Shown: positions 12,193 to 26,800 of the stretch, in pieces
Numbering within the stretch: position 1 is the first letter of the stretch
Layout of the letters: every line of letters begins with the position of its first letter
Source of the DNA: Tubiluchus corallicola
Lineage: Eukaryota; Animalia; Priapulida
Assembly (NCBI GenBank): GCA_030141605.1
Contig: JAQGDQ010000063.1
Location: 62,001 to 126,000, forward strand
Length of the DNA stretch: 64,000 nt
Direction of reading: 5' to 3'
The notes under the pieces: generated by a model
The model's database searches: none
Told to the model about the DNA's origin: nothing
The model's input: the letters and a program-made list of their open reading frames with translations, nothing else
Position numbers and translations under genes: made by a program

Positions 12193-13154
12193 ACTTGGCA
12201 AAAGCCAAAATCTTGGAAAGACCTGCCTAAAATTAAAATGACGTAAAAATTTTACGCATATGTAGGAAATGTTATAATGCCTTTCTGCATGATATGATGA
12301 CTTAAAAACGATATAAGATTATTTGAACAAATATGATGCAGTTATTTACATTCATATTTAGTTATATATGCTTTTATTTTGATTGTAAAGACGATATTAA
12401 ATCTTTCGTAAATCTATTTAGATCGGCTTTATAAGTGTTTTTATTAAAAATGCCCAATGAGTATGTGACTTTATGCGTATGTAACGATAATAAATTAAAC
12501 AAAATTTAATATAAATTAAAATGCACGGCCTCTGGCGATTTTTAATAGACTATTATAATTGTTAGAGCATATATAACATAAACGTTAAAATGACTTACCT
12601 TAGCATTTTAAGTAGAATAATTGGTCTATAAAAACTTTTCAAGCCAATCTAATCCAAAAGAGATGTTTCAAACACGTATTTCAAAATGCATGTGAAACGG
12701 TCATATGTTACAAACACCTAAACTGATATAGGCTATGCTAGTTGATAGCCTGACAGTCACAGGTACTACTGTTTGCTATTGGCTTATCTATTGGTAGAAT
12801 TTGCACCTTTCTGCTGTCTTAACTTCAAAGCTACCTAACAAATATGACCAAATAAGTAACATCTTTATTTGCCATATAAGAATTGAGAATCGCTATTGAA
12901 AATTGAGCTAATTTAATGCCTCTGTAATTTTGTGTTTTATAAATCTACATTAACCTAAATAAAATTTTCGAACGATCTACAGAAATATTAGGTGAATTGT
13001 AAAACTTATCTAGAAATTAGTCTTTTTGGTACGCGGTAAAAACGGAACAGTAAAAGTTGCACAGGAAAAAGGGCACATATAATGGAAAAATAAGAAATAA
13101 TGGCACACTTAATAAAATTTGAGTTAGATTTAGGTTTGCTGTTAAGGATAATTA

Positions 13155-13325
13155 TTTTAATTATTCTTGCCTTTGCCAAAGGGGTTATATTTTCATCACC
13201 GTTTGTTTGTTTGCCTGTCATTTATCAGTATAACCAAAAAAGTACAGTTCGTGAGTTACGATTATGATTATGATTACCTCCGTCACGGAGATTAATATGT
13301 TTTCGTCGCTTTTGATTTTTACTTT
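13155..13325 (+). mobile_element. Partial copies of an interspersed repeat (Helentron/HINE-like end); a further fragment lies at ~15725-15798
   Basis: cctttgccaaaggggttatattttc...cgtttgtttgtttgcctgtc and attacctccgtcacggagattaatatgttttc resemble the TTATTACCTCCGCCAAGGAGGTTATGTTTT + (GTTT)n repeat end known from marine animals. ccgtttgtttgtttgtttgcctgtca recurs at ~15759. Confidence 0.45.
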
Positions 13326-16002
13326 CTTTTTTTAACAAAATGGGGACGTTAGGCATAGCCGTAGGATAACCTTGACGAATTAGAAGCCGTCTTTCGCCAA
13401 TTTTTTTTGACAGAAATTGTTAGAATACTTTTTACAAAAATGCGTTCGTCAGTACAAATGGTTACGAGTTAGTTCCAGATTCTATTTCGAGGAATTCTCG
13501 CTTGGAAAACTATGTAACGCTGTCTATATAGATCTATAACTTTTACTTATGTATAGCCTTGTAAGCTAACTTTAGTATGTAAATATTGCCAGTATCTGCC
13601 AATCTTTATCATCAATGTGGAAAGGGTCAAAGCAGACAAATACTAAGGCTAAGTAGGATATTCGTGCACTGTTGATTATAATTCTATTTTATGAACAAAA
13701 TTTTGGTGGGTTTGTTGGCTAGTCTATATAAAAATTAATTATTTATACAGATATATTTTTGAATATTTGTCTGTTCCATTTTGCTTTATGTTTCTGCTTC
13801 CTACTGAGTGCATTTTAGTTCTACATACGTACCATTTGTTCTTGTACCGTTTTAGCTGTATTCACCTCTTTGTTTTTCTGTATTTTTGGGAAACATCTGA
13901 ATCTATTGCATTTGGTGCTGCCGAGCAGTGTAATCCCCGAGACCCTAGATAGTCCTGATAACTACTGCTTGTTTTAGCAGAACATTTGCAGAATGGTTAG
14001 TAGTAACGTCCTGTTTAACCCTCCACATTGACACATGCCTGAAGATTATGTGGCACGCAGGTGGTAATCGTTGTAGGAGAAAGGCGAGGGTGATCTTGCC
14101 AATAATTTGCTATTTCAAACTAACTGGCCGTATAAATGCTTGTTTAGCCGAGTATAGGTTTAAATGCAATCTAGCGGAATAAAATTTAAGGTGTGAAATG
14201 ATTGAGACACGGTCTCTGAGCAAGGCAGTTTTGCTGTGGGGCGTTTCCACTCAATTGCTTACCTAGTCTGACAACCGATTATTAACCCCGCGCTGTTTCA
14301 AAATTTAATGGTGAGTTGGTGGCAATCCAGGTACTTCTTCTCCCACCTCTTATCCACCTCTTGTCTTTACTGTCTGTGACTTTTCTTTGTATACAATTAA
14401 TTTCTTGGTCGACTCGTCATTTCACCATTTATTTGGTGTTCACAAGAAAATTTGACCTCGTCTTTTGGAGTTCTTTTTCAGAGCACTCTACTTCTGGGTG
14501 TCGTAGATTTTTACCTTAGTCATCAGTAGACGTGATTTATTGATTAAATTATTTATTTTCCTTTAGTATGTTTATTATAAATGCATTATGATTTCATTTA
14601 TTTTCTTTTAGAAATACACTGCTCTGTTTTGTTTGGCTATGGTTTAGTGAATGGCGGTTATATGCACAAAATCTTTTAACATTCGATTATAGAAAAGCCT
14701 TGAAAAAAGCATTTTGCGCAGTTGGAATTATTCTGAAACTTGTCATGTATTTCTGTATTAGATCTCCTCACTAATTGCCAATAATGCGCGAACACTGTAA
14801 TTCGCTTATGCAGAAAATAACAGGTGTCGCAACGTCAACGAAGTACGAACGAAATGGATGTTAAGTGTTTTTTCTGTGTGAACGAATCGTACGACTACGA
14901 ATAGCTCAATTCATGAATCTATCATAGCTTCTACCTAACTAACTGAACTGCAGTAGAATTATTGTTGTATATTTTAAATAAATACTAGAAATAAAATAAC
15001 AGATACAGGTCATTTCACTATAACAGTGTACGGGTTAGCTCCTCATCAAATGCGATACAAAGGTATTCCATACACATCTAATCTCAACACTGGTTTCAAC
15101 TATGTTCAAATTTCTTGGCTCAGCGTACACCTTTGCACGCCATATTTGCTCGTGAAACGAGATGCAACTTTTGTGTATCATAGCCCCTTGAGCCTAAAAA
15201 ATCGTATAAATATGTGCTTATTTATTTTAAAAAAGGCGTAACTCCCGTGTATACCCTAGATATATATTTGCCCGAGAAGGTGGGATCTAACTCCTGACCG
15301 CTTACCCTGACTAATCGTGTAAATTTGTGCCTATTTATGGTGAAAAGGCGCAGTTCAGTTTGACGTTATTCTTTAGCAACGGCTTTCTTATATCCAATAG
15401 GGAAGGAGAAAATAAGTGACTTCTTTACGTGAGAATGAAGGAGCGATTCACCTGTAGTCTCAACCACTATAAATGACCGAGAATGGAGGTATGATTTGAT
15501 GGTAGCCAATAGGAATGAAGAGGGTTCACTTTGGCGGGGACGACAAGTTGATTACTCATGGTAATGGCTTCTGAAGTATCCGGAACAAATAGAAAGGCAA
15601 CAGCAATAACAACTGCAACAACGCAGCAGCAGCAGTGGTCATACTGGTGAACGGTAAAAATGGCACAGGTAAAAGGGCACAAATGGAAAAATAGGGTTAG
15701 AAATACTGTTTGGGACAATTATTTTAATTATTTTTATCTCAACGTTTTATTTTGAACGCCGTTTGTTTGTTTGTTTGCCTGTCAGTTATCAATGTTACCA
15801 TGGCCGGATTATCCTAATAGATAACATAGGCTGCAGCGAGGAGCCCTGCTAAAAGATTTTCAAATATATATTTTTTTAAATTGAGTGGGCCAATAATATT
15901 TTAATATTTTGCATTGCTGAATAATTCATTTAACTTGAAATAAAATTTCAATTTTAAAAAAGGAGGAGCGGAGATGGAAAACCCAATTTAAAAAAGTGGT
16001 GC

Positions 16003-16125
16003 TTATTTGAGGTAAAGGGTCCCTATTTGAGGCCTTTTATTTGAGGTAAAGGGTCCATGTTTGAGGCCCTTTATATGAGAAAAAGGGCACCTGTTTGAAG
16101 CCCTTTATTTGAGTTAAGAGGGCCT
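16003..16125. repeat. Imperfect ~33-bp tandem repeat, ~4 copies, probably inside a decayed DNA transposon starting near 15798
   Basis: Unit ttatttgaggtaaagggtcc(c/a)t(a/g)tttgaggcc repeated with divergence. catggccggatta at ~15798 resembles a hAT-type terminus. Confidence 0.7.
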
Positions 16126-18597
16126 AGTTCGGGGTTCTAGTTGTAAATCACAGGGCCCCACTTCATGTTTGTTTATCATCTTACTATGCACTTATTTGTG
16201 AATGTAGCTTATATTTTATTTTTGGCTCGCTTTTGTGGTTAGACATGCACTTTAACAAATCTCTTTTTTCAGATTTTTTACCTTAGAAATTTAGAAACTT
16301 ATAATTTTTATAAAGTAGTGATTTTTAAATTTTAGATGCTATAACTCCAAAATAGTTTCATAAAACTGAAATGGTATCAAATGACAAATTCGTATTTACA
16401 AATTTTGACAATTTTGATAGATTTTAACTGTTTTATTGTTCTAATGCTGGTTAGTGGTTTTAAAAAATCGGTTTATTCAGTACTGGTGTGTTAAAATATG
16501 TGCTAGTCTGGTTTATAATAAAAAGTAACATAGTGATATTTCTTAAAGAATATTTTTTGAAGAACAAAGTTTTATTTAAAGAATTTAGGCTAAAGTTTAC
16601 AATTCCTCATACACAAGAAATTAGTTCCAGAAGCAGATTAGGATTAGGGTTAGGTTTGAGTTAAGACTTTGGAAATTGTTAACTCTTTCCCAAGTTTATT
16701 ATGGATTAGCGTTCTGCAGTTCTGAGTATACGTGTGCGTGGCATTTCAAGTTCTGCAAGTTCTGACAAAACTCCTACAAATAGAACTTGGAACTATTCTG
16801 TTAACTGGAACCAAACTTGGGAACAAACAATCAAATTGGAACTTTTTGATGTGTATTCAAGAATGTCAAGCCATTGAAGCGAAACTACGGAAATTTTCTA
16901 CGTAAGGCTATAAACACTAAAATTAAGATAATGCATAAATTGTGTTATGTGATAGATTTAATACGTGTTAGTAACATGTTACGTCACAAGTACGATTACT
17001 ACAAAGTTATAAAATAGCAGAATTAACATGTTAGATAAGATAAATAAAGCTAAATCACAAATAGGTATTGGCACGTTGTTCGATCAACAGTTTTTGTCTC
17101 TATTACTGTTAGTCTTTTGCCATGAAAGAAAAAACAAAATACGAAAATTGAAAATATTCCTAGTAACTGCAATTACAAATTTTACATTCGCCCCCTATTA
17201 TAAGTAGCACGTGCAATAGTCTTCTACTAGAACAGTATCATCCGTGCATGTATATTGTGCAGTTCGATTAAGAACACAAAAGTAGCAATGCAACCATTTT
17301 ATAGCATGTATTTTAAAGGCTCTCTGGCGTTAATGTAAAACATCAAATACTTAATATTCTACTTGATTTCGGACGTTCACCTAATAAAACGCAAGGCGTC
17401 TACAGGATTACATTAATAAGGGAACCAACCAATACGGTTTCAGTTTTCATAGGAATGTTCATAAATCCGCCTAGCATCTTATTATAGAAAGTTCTTATAC
17501 ATGCGGTTAACACGTGTATGAGAGAGCCTTTCTGATGATTCATGACTATGTAAAACCCATGATTTTGACACTGTACCAACACGAGGGAAACGAAAAAATC
17601 CGGCTTTACCTCACCTGTAACAAGAATCTATATTTTGAGAAATTTGATCATGTTGAATTTGCATGGTCCTATAAACTGAAACTTCATTGGCGTTGTTAAA
17701 CTATAATATTGACTAATACATCTGTTGTACATTTACGTACGCTTCTAATAATAGAATAATAGCGACATTTGATGTGCAATAGCCTAGTTTTCCCAATTCC
17801 TAGTCTGTGCAATCTGTCAAAATTTTGTTCCAAGGAAATGTCGATTTCAGTTCTACCAAGTTTCCATAAGATATAAAACTGTATAAGGAAAAGTTATTGT
17901 GTGCTAAGTATTCGTTCCTGTTCTTATCATTAAGAATTATAATCTTATGTTAATCTTAGAATTATAATCTTAGCGTTATTTAATTAATTAAAATATTATC
18001 AAAGTCATCATATTTGCCTTGTCTTGTACAAATTATATTATAAACAGACTTGTATAGATAATTTCCCTATTTTAAATCAACTAAAATTTTATTAGGTTTT
18101 ATATCAGATTTCCGACCTTAGGTTAATTTATATTACAGTAGATATTCTCTATACTAGATTTAAGATGTCTTTTTGTATTTTATTTTATTGATTTTATAAT
18201 TATATATTGTCGATAGAGCTTTAACTTTACATGTTATTTATGTAGATGATCGACATTAAATAAAATTTGCCTTATCTATATCCGAAACGTTTTGGCTGGC
18301 AGGCAAATTTGTAAGTGAGCCAAGAACATACGCAAACTGCAAATACAAATAAACACAAACTTGTTTGTGACAAGCTTACTGTATTAGTCAGCTTACTTTT
18401 ACTGCAAATACTGAAAAAATTAATATGGCCAATTCCGAATGATTAGCAATACAATTATTCTTGGTTATCGTTCATGTAAAACCCACAATCACATTCCACT
18501 TATTTGGGTAAAAATAAAGCGTGACTCATGCTGAAATTACTCGAGTAGAGCCTTCTAATTAGGTCTGGATGTGTTTTATTTGTTTATAACAAATTAG

Positions 18598-18685
18598 CTG
18601 TTGTTGTTGTTGTTATCATTATATATATATATATATATATAATAATAATAATTATAATAATAATAATAATAATTATAATAATAAT

Positions 18686-18782
<97 letters not shown>

Positions 18783-18800
18783 TGTTGTTGTTGTTATTAA
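18598..18800. repeat. Compound microsatellite (GTT)n-(TA)n-(AAT)n-(TA)n-(ATT)n-(GTT)n
   Basis: Directly visible. It accounts for the poly-I/Y ORF 18594..18911. Confidence 0.95.
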
Positions 18801-19494
18801 CCCAGGTTGACTGTTATTATTACAATTATTATTTATAAAATACGTCGTTATGTTCATTAGTTTCTTCTTACGAACTGCCATTCGAACGAGTAAAGTGGAA
18901 TGAAGCTTCAAATAGTTAAAAAATAGTTAGAAAATTATAGCCATTCGCTTTCAGGAAAAAACGCCAGCCCGAAGCGTTTCGAAAATCGATGCTCAAGTTT
19001 TTGCTTTTGTTTGCAAACGAAACGCACTTATTTTAGGGTTATTAGAGGTGTATTTTACCCGCTGTCATTACTGTCAGGCATCTCCTAATGACCCAATCCA
19101 AAGCTCTCTTTCTCCATTATTAAAGCATACCCTGAGGCATGTTTTTCGGCCGAGGCGAGCAGCTTTTTTCAAATTCTTTTACACTGAACGTTACTATTAC
19201 TACTATCACGTATTTTCATAGCAGATACGCACCAATACTAAAAGAGCTTCTAGTCACAAAATTAACCATTAAATTCCTGAAATGTCTTACATGACATGGC
19301 AAAAATAGAATTTACTTTTAATGCAGCAATGACTGGCAAGGCATCATATTTCACTAGGAGACATGGGTGTTTTCGTTTCCAACTAGTGTCAGAAATTGTA
19401 ATAAACTCATTTATTACTCCGACTATAAAACATGGAAATTTTCAAGGAAGTGGTTAAACAGTTGCAGCACAAAGATCTCCTTGCTGGTAACGTG

Positions 19495-19645
19495 CATCAT
19501 GAGCACCATCATCATCAGTAGCAATGTGTCACTATCACCATTATCGTCATAATCTTAATCATTATTATCATCATCATCATTATCACCGTCATCATCTTTA
19601 TCGTCATCATTACTATTACCAACCACTATCATAATCGCCGTTATA
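19495..19645. repeat. Degenerate (CAT)n microsatellite
   Basis: Runs of catcat/atcatt/tcatca. Confidence 0.75.
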
Positions 19646-22600
19646 ATAAATTAGCATAACCTACATATAGGTATAATATATGATAAATCAATTTGTACTT
19701 AGATGCCTTATTGTTAGGCACAAGAGAATTTGACAAACACAAGTTCACGTTAATAGTTTTTTTACTACAAAACTGTTCAAACAAGGCTTTTTGCTACGTA
19801 TAAATAACTAGCTTTTTATTAAAGATGCTGATAAAACGGTTGTGTTGTTTTAAATCGTTCAAATTAAAAATGTTATGAAGCCAACATCAATAATCAAAAG
19901 AGAATAATCTGTATACACACCGTTTCAATAATTTATCATCGATAAGAAATTTTCCATTAATTTGCCAAAATTAAAACACTATCGAGATACACATCAAAAA
20001 ATTATTTGCAATTGTTTTGCCAAAGGGTACTTTATGGTGTACTATATTTGATCAATTCTCTTGACAGGACTGCTTTTAATGTGGTCCTGGAATGGCTGTG
20101 GCTGGCCGGGTCAATGAACAATGTACACGTATCTGGCATTATACAACTGTTATAATAAAACATAAATGTTTAACATTTAGAATAAAGAGAGTTTACGACA
20201 CGATTATAAATGGCAAACATGGCTATCCAAACTAGCTCTATAGCCACTGGCCAAATACCAGCAAGGCGTGTAAGAGGATTGACAAGTAAATTATGTTGTC
20301 AGTTCTGTCATCGTAAGTTTTCTATTCTCGCCCCAAGCAAGATATCCTGCACACGAACCTATTTTGTGTTCAATGAGGTTTGATGGTGGAAAAATTACTG
20401 ATACAAAGTGGGCAAGTTTCCCAGGCACACTTGGAACCTTTCGGACAAGATTAAATTTGGTGGATTTTATACAATTCTGTGTCACGAGGTGCTGAATTAA
20501 TTCAAATACATTATATTTAACAATAAATATACGAAGAAAACGCACTAAGCTTCCTGTACTAAATTAAATCTAAACTAATTTTTCGCTAAAGAGCCATTAC
20601 CCTAAATTGCATATCGACTAAACAAAATACATTATTATATCTTCCAAGTTGGCTGGTTGGGAATGTTCGGGAAACAGCCAAGCATTCCACCGAGCTTGCA
20701 CTGTACTGTGTCCATGTGGGCAGTCTCTAAACAGTAAAATTCTAGCGTGTCTTTTAATGTCTGTCTCTAATTCTACGAAGAGCAACAATAAGACAAAAAC
20801 CAAATAAAGCTTCATACACGTTTACTGTATCTCCTCAAAATGGTACAATTTATAGATTTATCTTAGCTCCAGATTTGAAAACCTTTACTATTGAACAGAA
20901 TTAATTTCGCAATGGTGAGATTTGGCGCATGTTTTAAATAAAAAAGAATGTCACACCTAAAATTTCTCTCATGTATTTTTAGGTTGTCTATGTCGCGTTA
21001 GCTGGTACAGGTAGGATGAATAAACGAACGTACCAGTTTGACTAAGTACGCCACTCGGAATTACAAAAACCATGTATTATTAGAAGTGTAAATAATTATA
21101 ATTATGCAACAGTCAACAATCGACACAAACTACCAAACACTGGAAACATGCACAATTTGTATAAACAAAATCACTTTATTACAACGAGGAATTCTTTATA
21201 AAATGAAAATTTACAATGTTTTACATATTCGTGATATTCCAAGTACAGTTACAACTAATTATGAAGTCAGTAATAGTAAGTCCCAGAAGGCATATATAAA
21301 ATGTTACTATACAGTCTATACCACATCTTAGAGAACGAATTAATACACAGTGATAAAGACAAATAAGTATTCAAATTTACAATCTTGATCGTAAGGCCTA
21401 TTCTTTTCACATAGTCAAGTCACTTCCTCAAAGAATCCTAGACTAATAAATTCAGTTTAAAACACTAAAAACACAATCATAATTCTTTTGTAAGTTTATT
21501 AGTAAAGTAATGTAAATCACCAAACAATCTGTAGAAAGCAAGACGATTTGTTAACGCATACTTGTAATGATGCATAGGTAAAAAAGCAATTACTTCTTAT
21601 CGAAAAAGCAGAAAGACCGCCAACTCAGTAAATGCCAGTTCGAAGTTTTTTAGATACCGCGAAGCAAAATCAATACATTATGACAAAAGTCAAATTTCTA
21701 TACATACAAAGTTATTTAGTTTGATGTTTTCAATCGGGCAAAAACCACGGGCGTTAGTTTAACAATTTTCACAGGTTCCCTGAACCTGGACACGCACTAA
21801 AATGGCACGAGAATGATCCAGATTATTCGCCAGTTGGCACTTCGTACAAAGGTTATGAGTCAAAACAAATGATGTTTCACACGCACTAAGTCAAACATGT
21901 GAAGTATGATAGAGTTACAGCAAATAAAACAATATGTTCAACCAAAAATGTATATGCAAACGTAAATAAAAAAAATTAATATTAGTGCCACCCATCCCCA
22001 ACGGGATGCGGACCTAGAAGTGACACGGAATTCAAATAACTTTAAGGGCCCTATCATTTTACTCACAACAATAATTTCCATCAAAAGAATGTTTAAAAAT
22101 TTGGTAGGTTTTACATAGCAAAGCGTTTCCAAATCAGTTAGTGATTAAAACGGCATTTTAAAACAAAATAAAAGTAGCACAAATGAAAAAATATTTTAAC
22201 ATATGAAAATATAAGACACATTGTGCATTATGTAAATGTGTTACACAATAAAGTTGCACACATTTACTTTACAGTACAGTTCAGTATAAAGCCAGTTTAT
22301 ACTTGCATTAAAAACCTCTCAAAATACTGTGAATTGTAATAATAATAATAATATACTAACTGACACAAGGCATACAATGAGACATAAGAAGATGGATTTA
22401 TTTCAATTCAAAAAAACTCTGTACATTTATTCTAAATAATGGCACACTCTATTCACTAAACAATTCTATTACCTAAGCACCAGCAGTATTAATTCGAAAC
22501 TTCAATTTAATCTCCCTCAAAAAAATACATATAACCAGTCTTTGGTAAACATAAATATTACATATTTAAGACTAACAATAATATCAGCCATTAATTATTA

Positions 22601-23898
22601 CACTAGAAAGGAAACTCTAGTTTTAAGCTGCTTTCCGTAGTAATATCCTTAAAATGCATGACCTTCAAATTATAAAATTATTCATTTAAAAATTGTCTAC
22701 TGCTGCAGTAACAATATAAGCCTACTAGGCTACTACACCCACAGAAGAATGGAAATCAACACTATTGCATTCCTATTGTGAATTAGTAAATCCACACAAT
22801 GAATTAGCTGCCACATTCACATAATTAATTAAATACATAAAAGCACTGATTTTCATAGCAATACAGTACATTTATAAAGATGAGAAAACCTATAAAATAA
22901 GCCAAGGACTCAGTTAAGCATAATATACTGCAGTTTGCATAAAATTCTACAGAGCAGTAGGCCTAAGTAACAAGCATGACTGATAAAAGTTTGATAACAT
23001 TAAACGTTTGAACCAATCAATTAATCATAAAAAAAATCAACATAAACAGAAGAAAATCATGAAACCGGTATGAAATTTAAAATAAGACATATTTTACGAA
23101 AAGGCTACGAAAAATTTATTAAAACCAAATGGTGCAGAATTATTTCCGTTAATTAATTAAATAATCCGAACTAAAATAATTGCTATACGTTGTTTCTTGG
23201 CCAGACTAGAGACAATTCTCATCAAGGGAGCTCTACTGAGCGTCTGCGTTAGAAAACTTGGATACCTTTCAGGGTATACTGCATACATTATTACACAGTA
23301 GAGTGGTCACTACTCACTGCCTTTGCAGAGGCTCATCGTGTAGGAGAGGTGAAAACAATAGGAAGGCTACCTGAAATAAATTCCAGGGCTTGCACAGAAA
23401 TTTGTCCCTAATCTATAATGAAAGGTTTACAATACAAGTAACATTTTTAAACTCTGCATATTTGGAAGTTGTAGAATTTACTCACACAAAACGTTACTAC
23501 CACCTTTACACATGGCTCACTACAAATTATTAAGCAATTAAGCCTATTTTACTAAAAGAAAGGTAATCGTATTCCAATAGTACATGAACATTATCGATGA
23601 GCAAATTCTAATAAAAGTACTGACTAGGCATACATTATATTAAACAAACAGATTAACTTTGACTGATAAGTTTGTACATGACAAATATTACATGATTAAA
23701 AAGGCCATATTTACATATCTAAAAGAGAATCACATATTCCATAATGCTATAATCCTAATCACCTATTAGGTCATTCGTTAGCTTAATCACTGCAGATATG
23801 TATCAGTCAATTGGGAATTTTGTCATAGTGCAATCATATTACAACTAAAGCAGTCTCTACATCAGTATTCCAGGATAGGGCTATTTTATACATTTGTC

Positions 23899-26800
23899 TC
23901 AACTGTAACTGCTTCTTGACATGTCCGTGCTGTCGTCATCACCGCCACCTCCATATAAATTAGCTAATTTTTGGAAACGTGGTCCCCAGTCATCTAGATA
24001 ATCAAAATTCAAATCATCTCCATCAGATGAACCAAGAGAACTGAGGCTGCCAACGCTGCTTCCTTCACCTTCATAGTTATAGTTGAGCACACCATCTGGT
24101 GGTCCAAACTCTGGATCGTTGTCTGCGTCATCTAACCTTTCATTTATAAAATCACCTACATCAACATTGTCTGGTTTGACAGGTGGCATTCTCAATTGTC
24201 TAGGCTCAGCTTGTCTGTAAGCATAAGGTGGTTCTTCCAAGCTAGAAGACATATTAGGATCTACTGGCTTTCGTAGGAATGTAATATCATACCCATCATG
24301 ATCCTCTTCACCACCTCCTTCATCATGGTAATGTATAATGTTCTCTTTAATATCGTCCTCACTACTGAACTCTGCTGGATACTTCTCTTCTGTTTTTCTC
24401 ACACGAAATACAATAAAGACAATGATCAGCAGTAACAATAACAGCAGGCAAATGATAAGTGCTGCAAGAGCTCCCGCACTTAAAGTCACCACAGGTTCTG
24501 TAATTCCAGATCCAATCTCACAATATATGCCAGAATAGTCATTAAAACAATGACATGTAAAATTCCCCTCAATGTTTTCACAGATACCATTATTAAGACA
24601 TGGATTAATTAAGCCTAAGCATTCATTAATATCAAGACAATCATCATTTGCTTCATTTGGCTCATATCCATCTGGACACTGACATTCTGCATGATACCAC
24701 AAACTTACACAAATGAAAGGTGGATCGCATTCGACAGCGAAACACCAATCTGTATCATCAGTGCAATCATCTTCAACATTATAACTGGTACTAAACGCAT
24801 AGTCATTATTTCCGCTGAGTGGCAGATGCACTTGTGAATACCTTATGTCATTAATGCAGCCAATAAAATCACTGACAACTCTTTGGTATTGATCTATCTC
24901 TGCACCAGCTATCACATCGTCCTTATCTATGTCAATCAGGCGAAAGTCATTTGGCTGCCCTATAAGTTCTCCTTGCTTTCCCCGACCGCCACCATCAATT
25001 TTCAGGAAGATGTCACTTCCAAATCGCTCCACATGTGCAGTGTGCCACTCTCCATCATTTGGTACAAATGACGGTAGCTCCACCCACCTAGGTCCACTTC
25101 CAAGATCACATCCAAACTCTACTAGTTTGTTACGAATTCTTAACAACACATACTCATTAAGGTAAATGTCTGTTCCTTTGGCAATAAAGATTACTCCCTC
25201 TAGTATAACTGTGCGAAAAGATACGAACAACTCAGTCCAGTCAGGCCTGAGCTCTATTTCATCAGTAAACTGATAATGAAGGTAGCTTTCATCAGACCAG
25301 TAGTGTTCTGCTATTATTTCATCACATCTGTCTCCTTGCCATCCAGAAAAGCATTCACATTTTCCTACCGATCCATCCATGTAACCATTACATTCTCCAT
25401 TGATGCACAATGGTGGTATACTATTTGCATCACAAGAAGCATCTGTCTGTGAGCACCCTGCAGAACTTCCTTCTGAAAGACCGGGGTTTCCCAAATCATA
25501 CAGGCGGCCATCTTGGTTAACATTCTTGATGCACCCATCAAATCCATCTCTAAAGCTTAATTCCAAATAATTTATTTCAGCATTAGACATTCCACCTAGC
25601 TGCAAAGGAGTAACCACATTTAAAAACGAATTGTCCCCAGGAGTGTAACCTGATGCTTTGCAACTTGATTCATCAAGATTTCCACTTTCAGTTTGCATGT
25701 TAAGGTTTTTACATCTATCTATAACTAAGGTAATTTCTTTTCTATCAGCTATAATATCTATCTGATGCCACATCCCATCAGCAAGATTCTGGGACTTCAC
25801 AGTTAACTCCAGAGTACCTGTCCCATGGTTGATAAGAAGTCTTGGTTGACCACTGACAAGTTCCACTCCAATGTAGTCTTTTGGCTCGGTAGGATAAGGT
25901 TCGCGAATAGGGCCATTGTACAGGAAAAGGCCATTTGGAGACTGGGTAATGAACTCAAATGTGAGCCGACTCTCTTCACATTGCTGAAGTGGTTCAAACC
26001 AAGCCCAGCCAACACTAGTAAAACTACGAGTGGTCAACTGACAACGAGGGCCAAGAAATCCTTCCAAACAGTTGCACTTTACACCTGATGCTGTATTTGT
26101 GCATGTCCCACCATTTAAACAAGCTGCATAAGGAGAATTGCAGTTCTCAAGAACAGAGCCATCTTTCATGTCGCAAACACAGTCTGACTCTGTGATTGTA
26201 GTTACTGCCAGAAGTGATGTTGTGTTAGTATTAATGTAAGTTGGATTAAGAGAAGTAGTAAGAACAGTGCGACATCCTGGTGCACCTTGGCAAATTTCTT
26301 CGATGCACTCATCAACAGGAACTAATACAATATTCATATCAGTTGCACTTTCAATCTCTGCCAAGTTATTTGCTACAGCACCATCTAATTTTTCAGCTGG
26401 ATAATATGGTGAACCACTCGCTGCATAGCGAACATCAATTTCAGGTGGATCTCTATCTTCACGATCCATAACACTGAAGATTAATACTTTTTCAACATTC
26501 ACATTTGCAGTAGCAGCTATTTGTTTCTTAAAGCTTTCAAGTTTGCTTTCTACTTTTTGGCTTTCAGTGCCAGTATCTATAAATTGTTCTGCTGTCATGT
26601 CACGAATTCGAACTGACCCAGAGTTAAAAACTGCATCATCCCAGATACTCTGCACATCAACATTTACAGTTGACACAACTTCCGCATTATGCTTTGCATC
26701 ATACACAACAACTTTGAATGAATATTCTCCAGCAGGAGTTCTGCCTTTGATTAACACTGCCCCAGAATTTTCATCAACTAAGAAATATTCTGGCTGAGGA

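Noticed and set aside
16637-16665. Interstitial telomeric repeat
   Set aside because: Only one exact TTAGGG among a few degenerate units, which is too short to support.
18594-18911. Poly-Ile/Tyr ORF
   Set aside because: Microsatellite translation.
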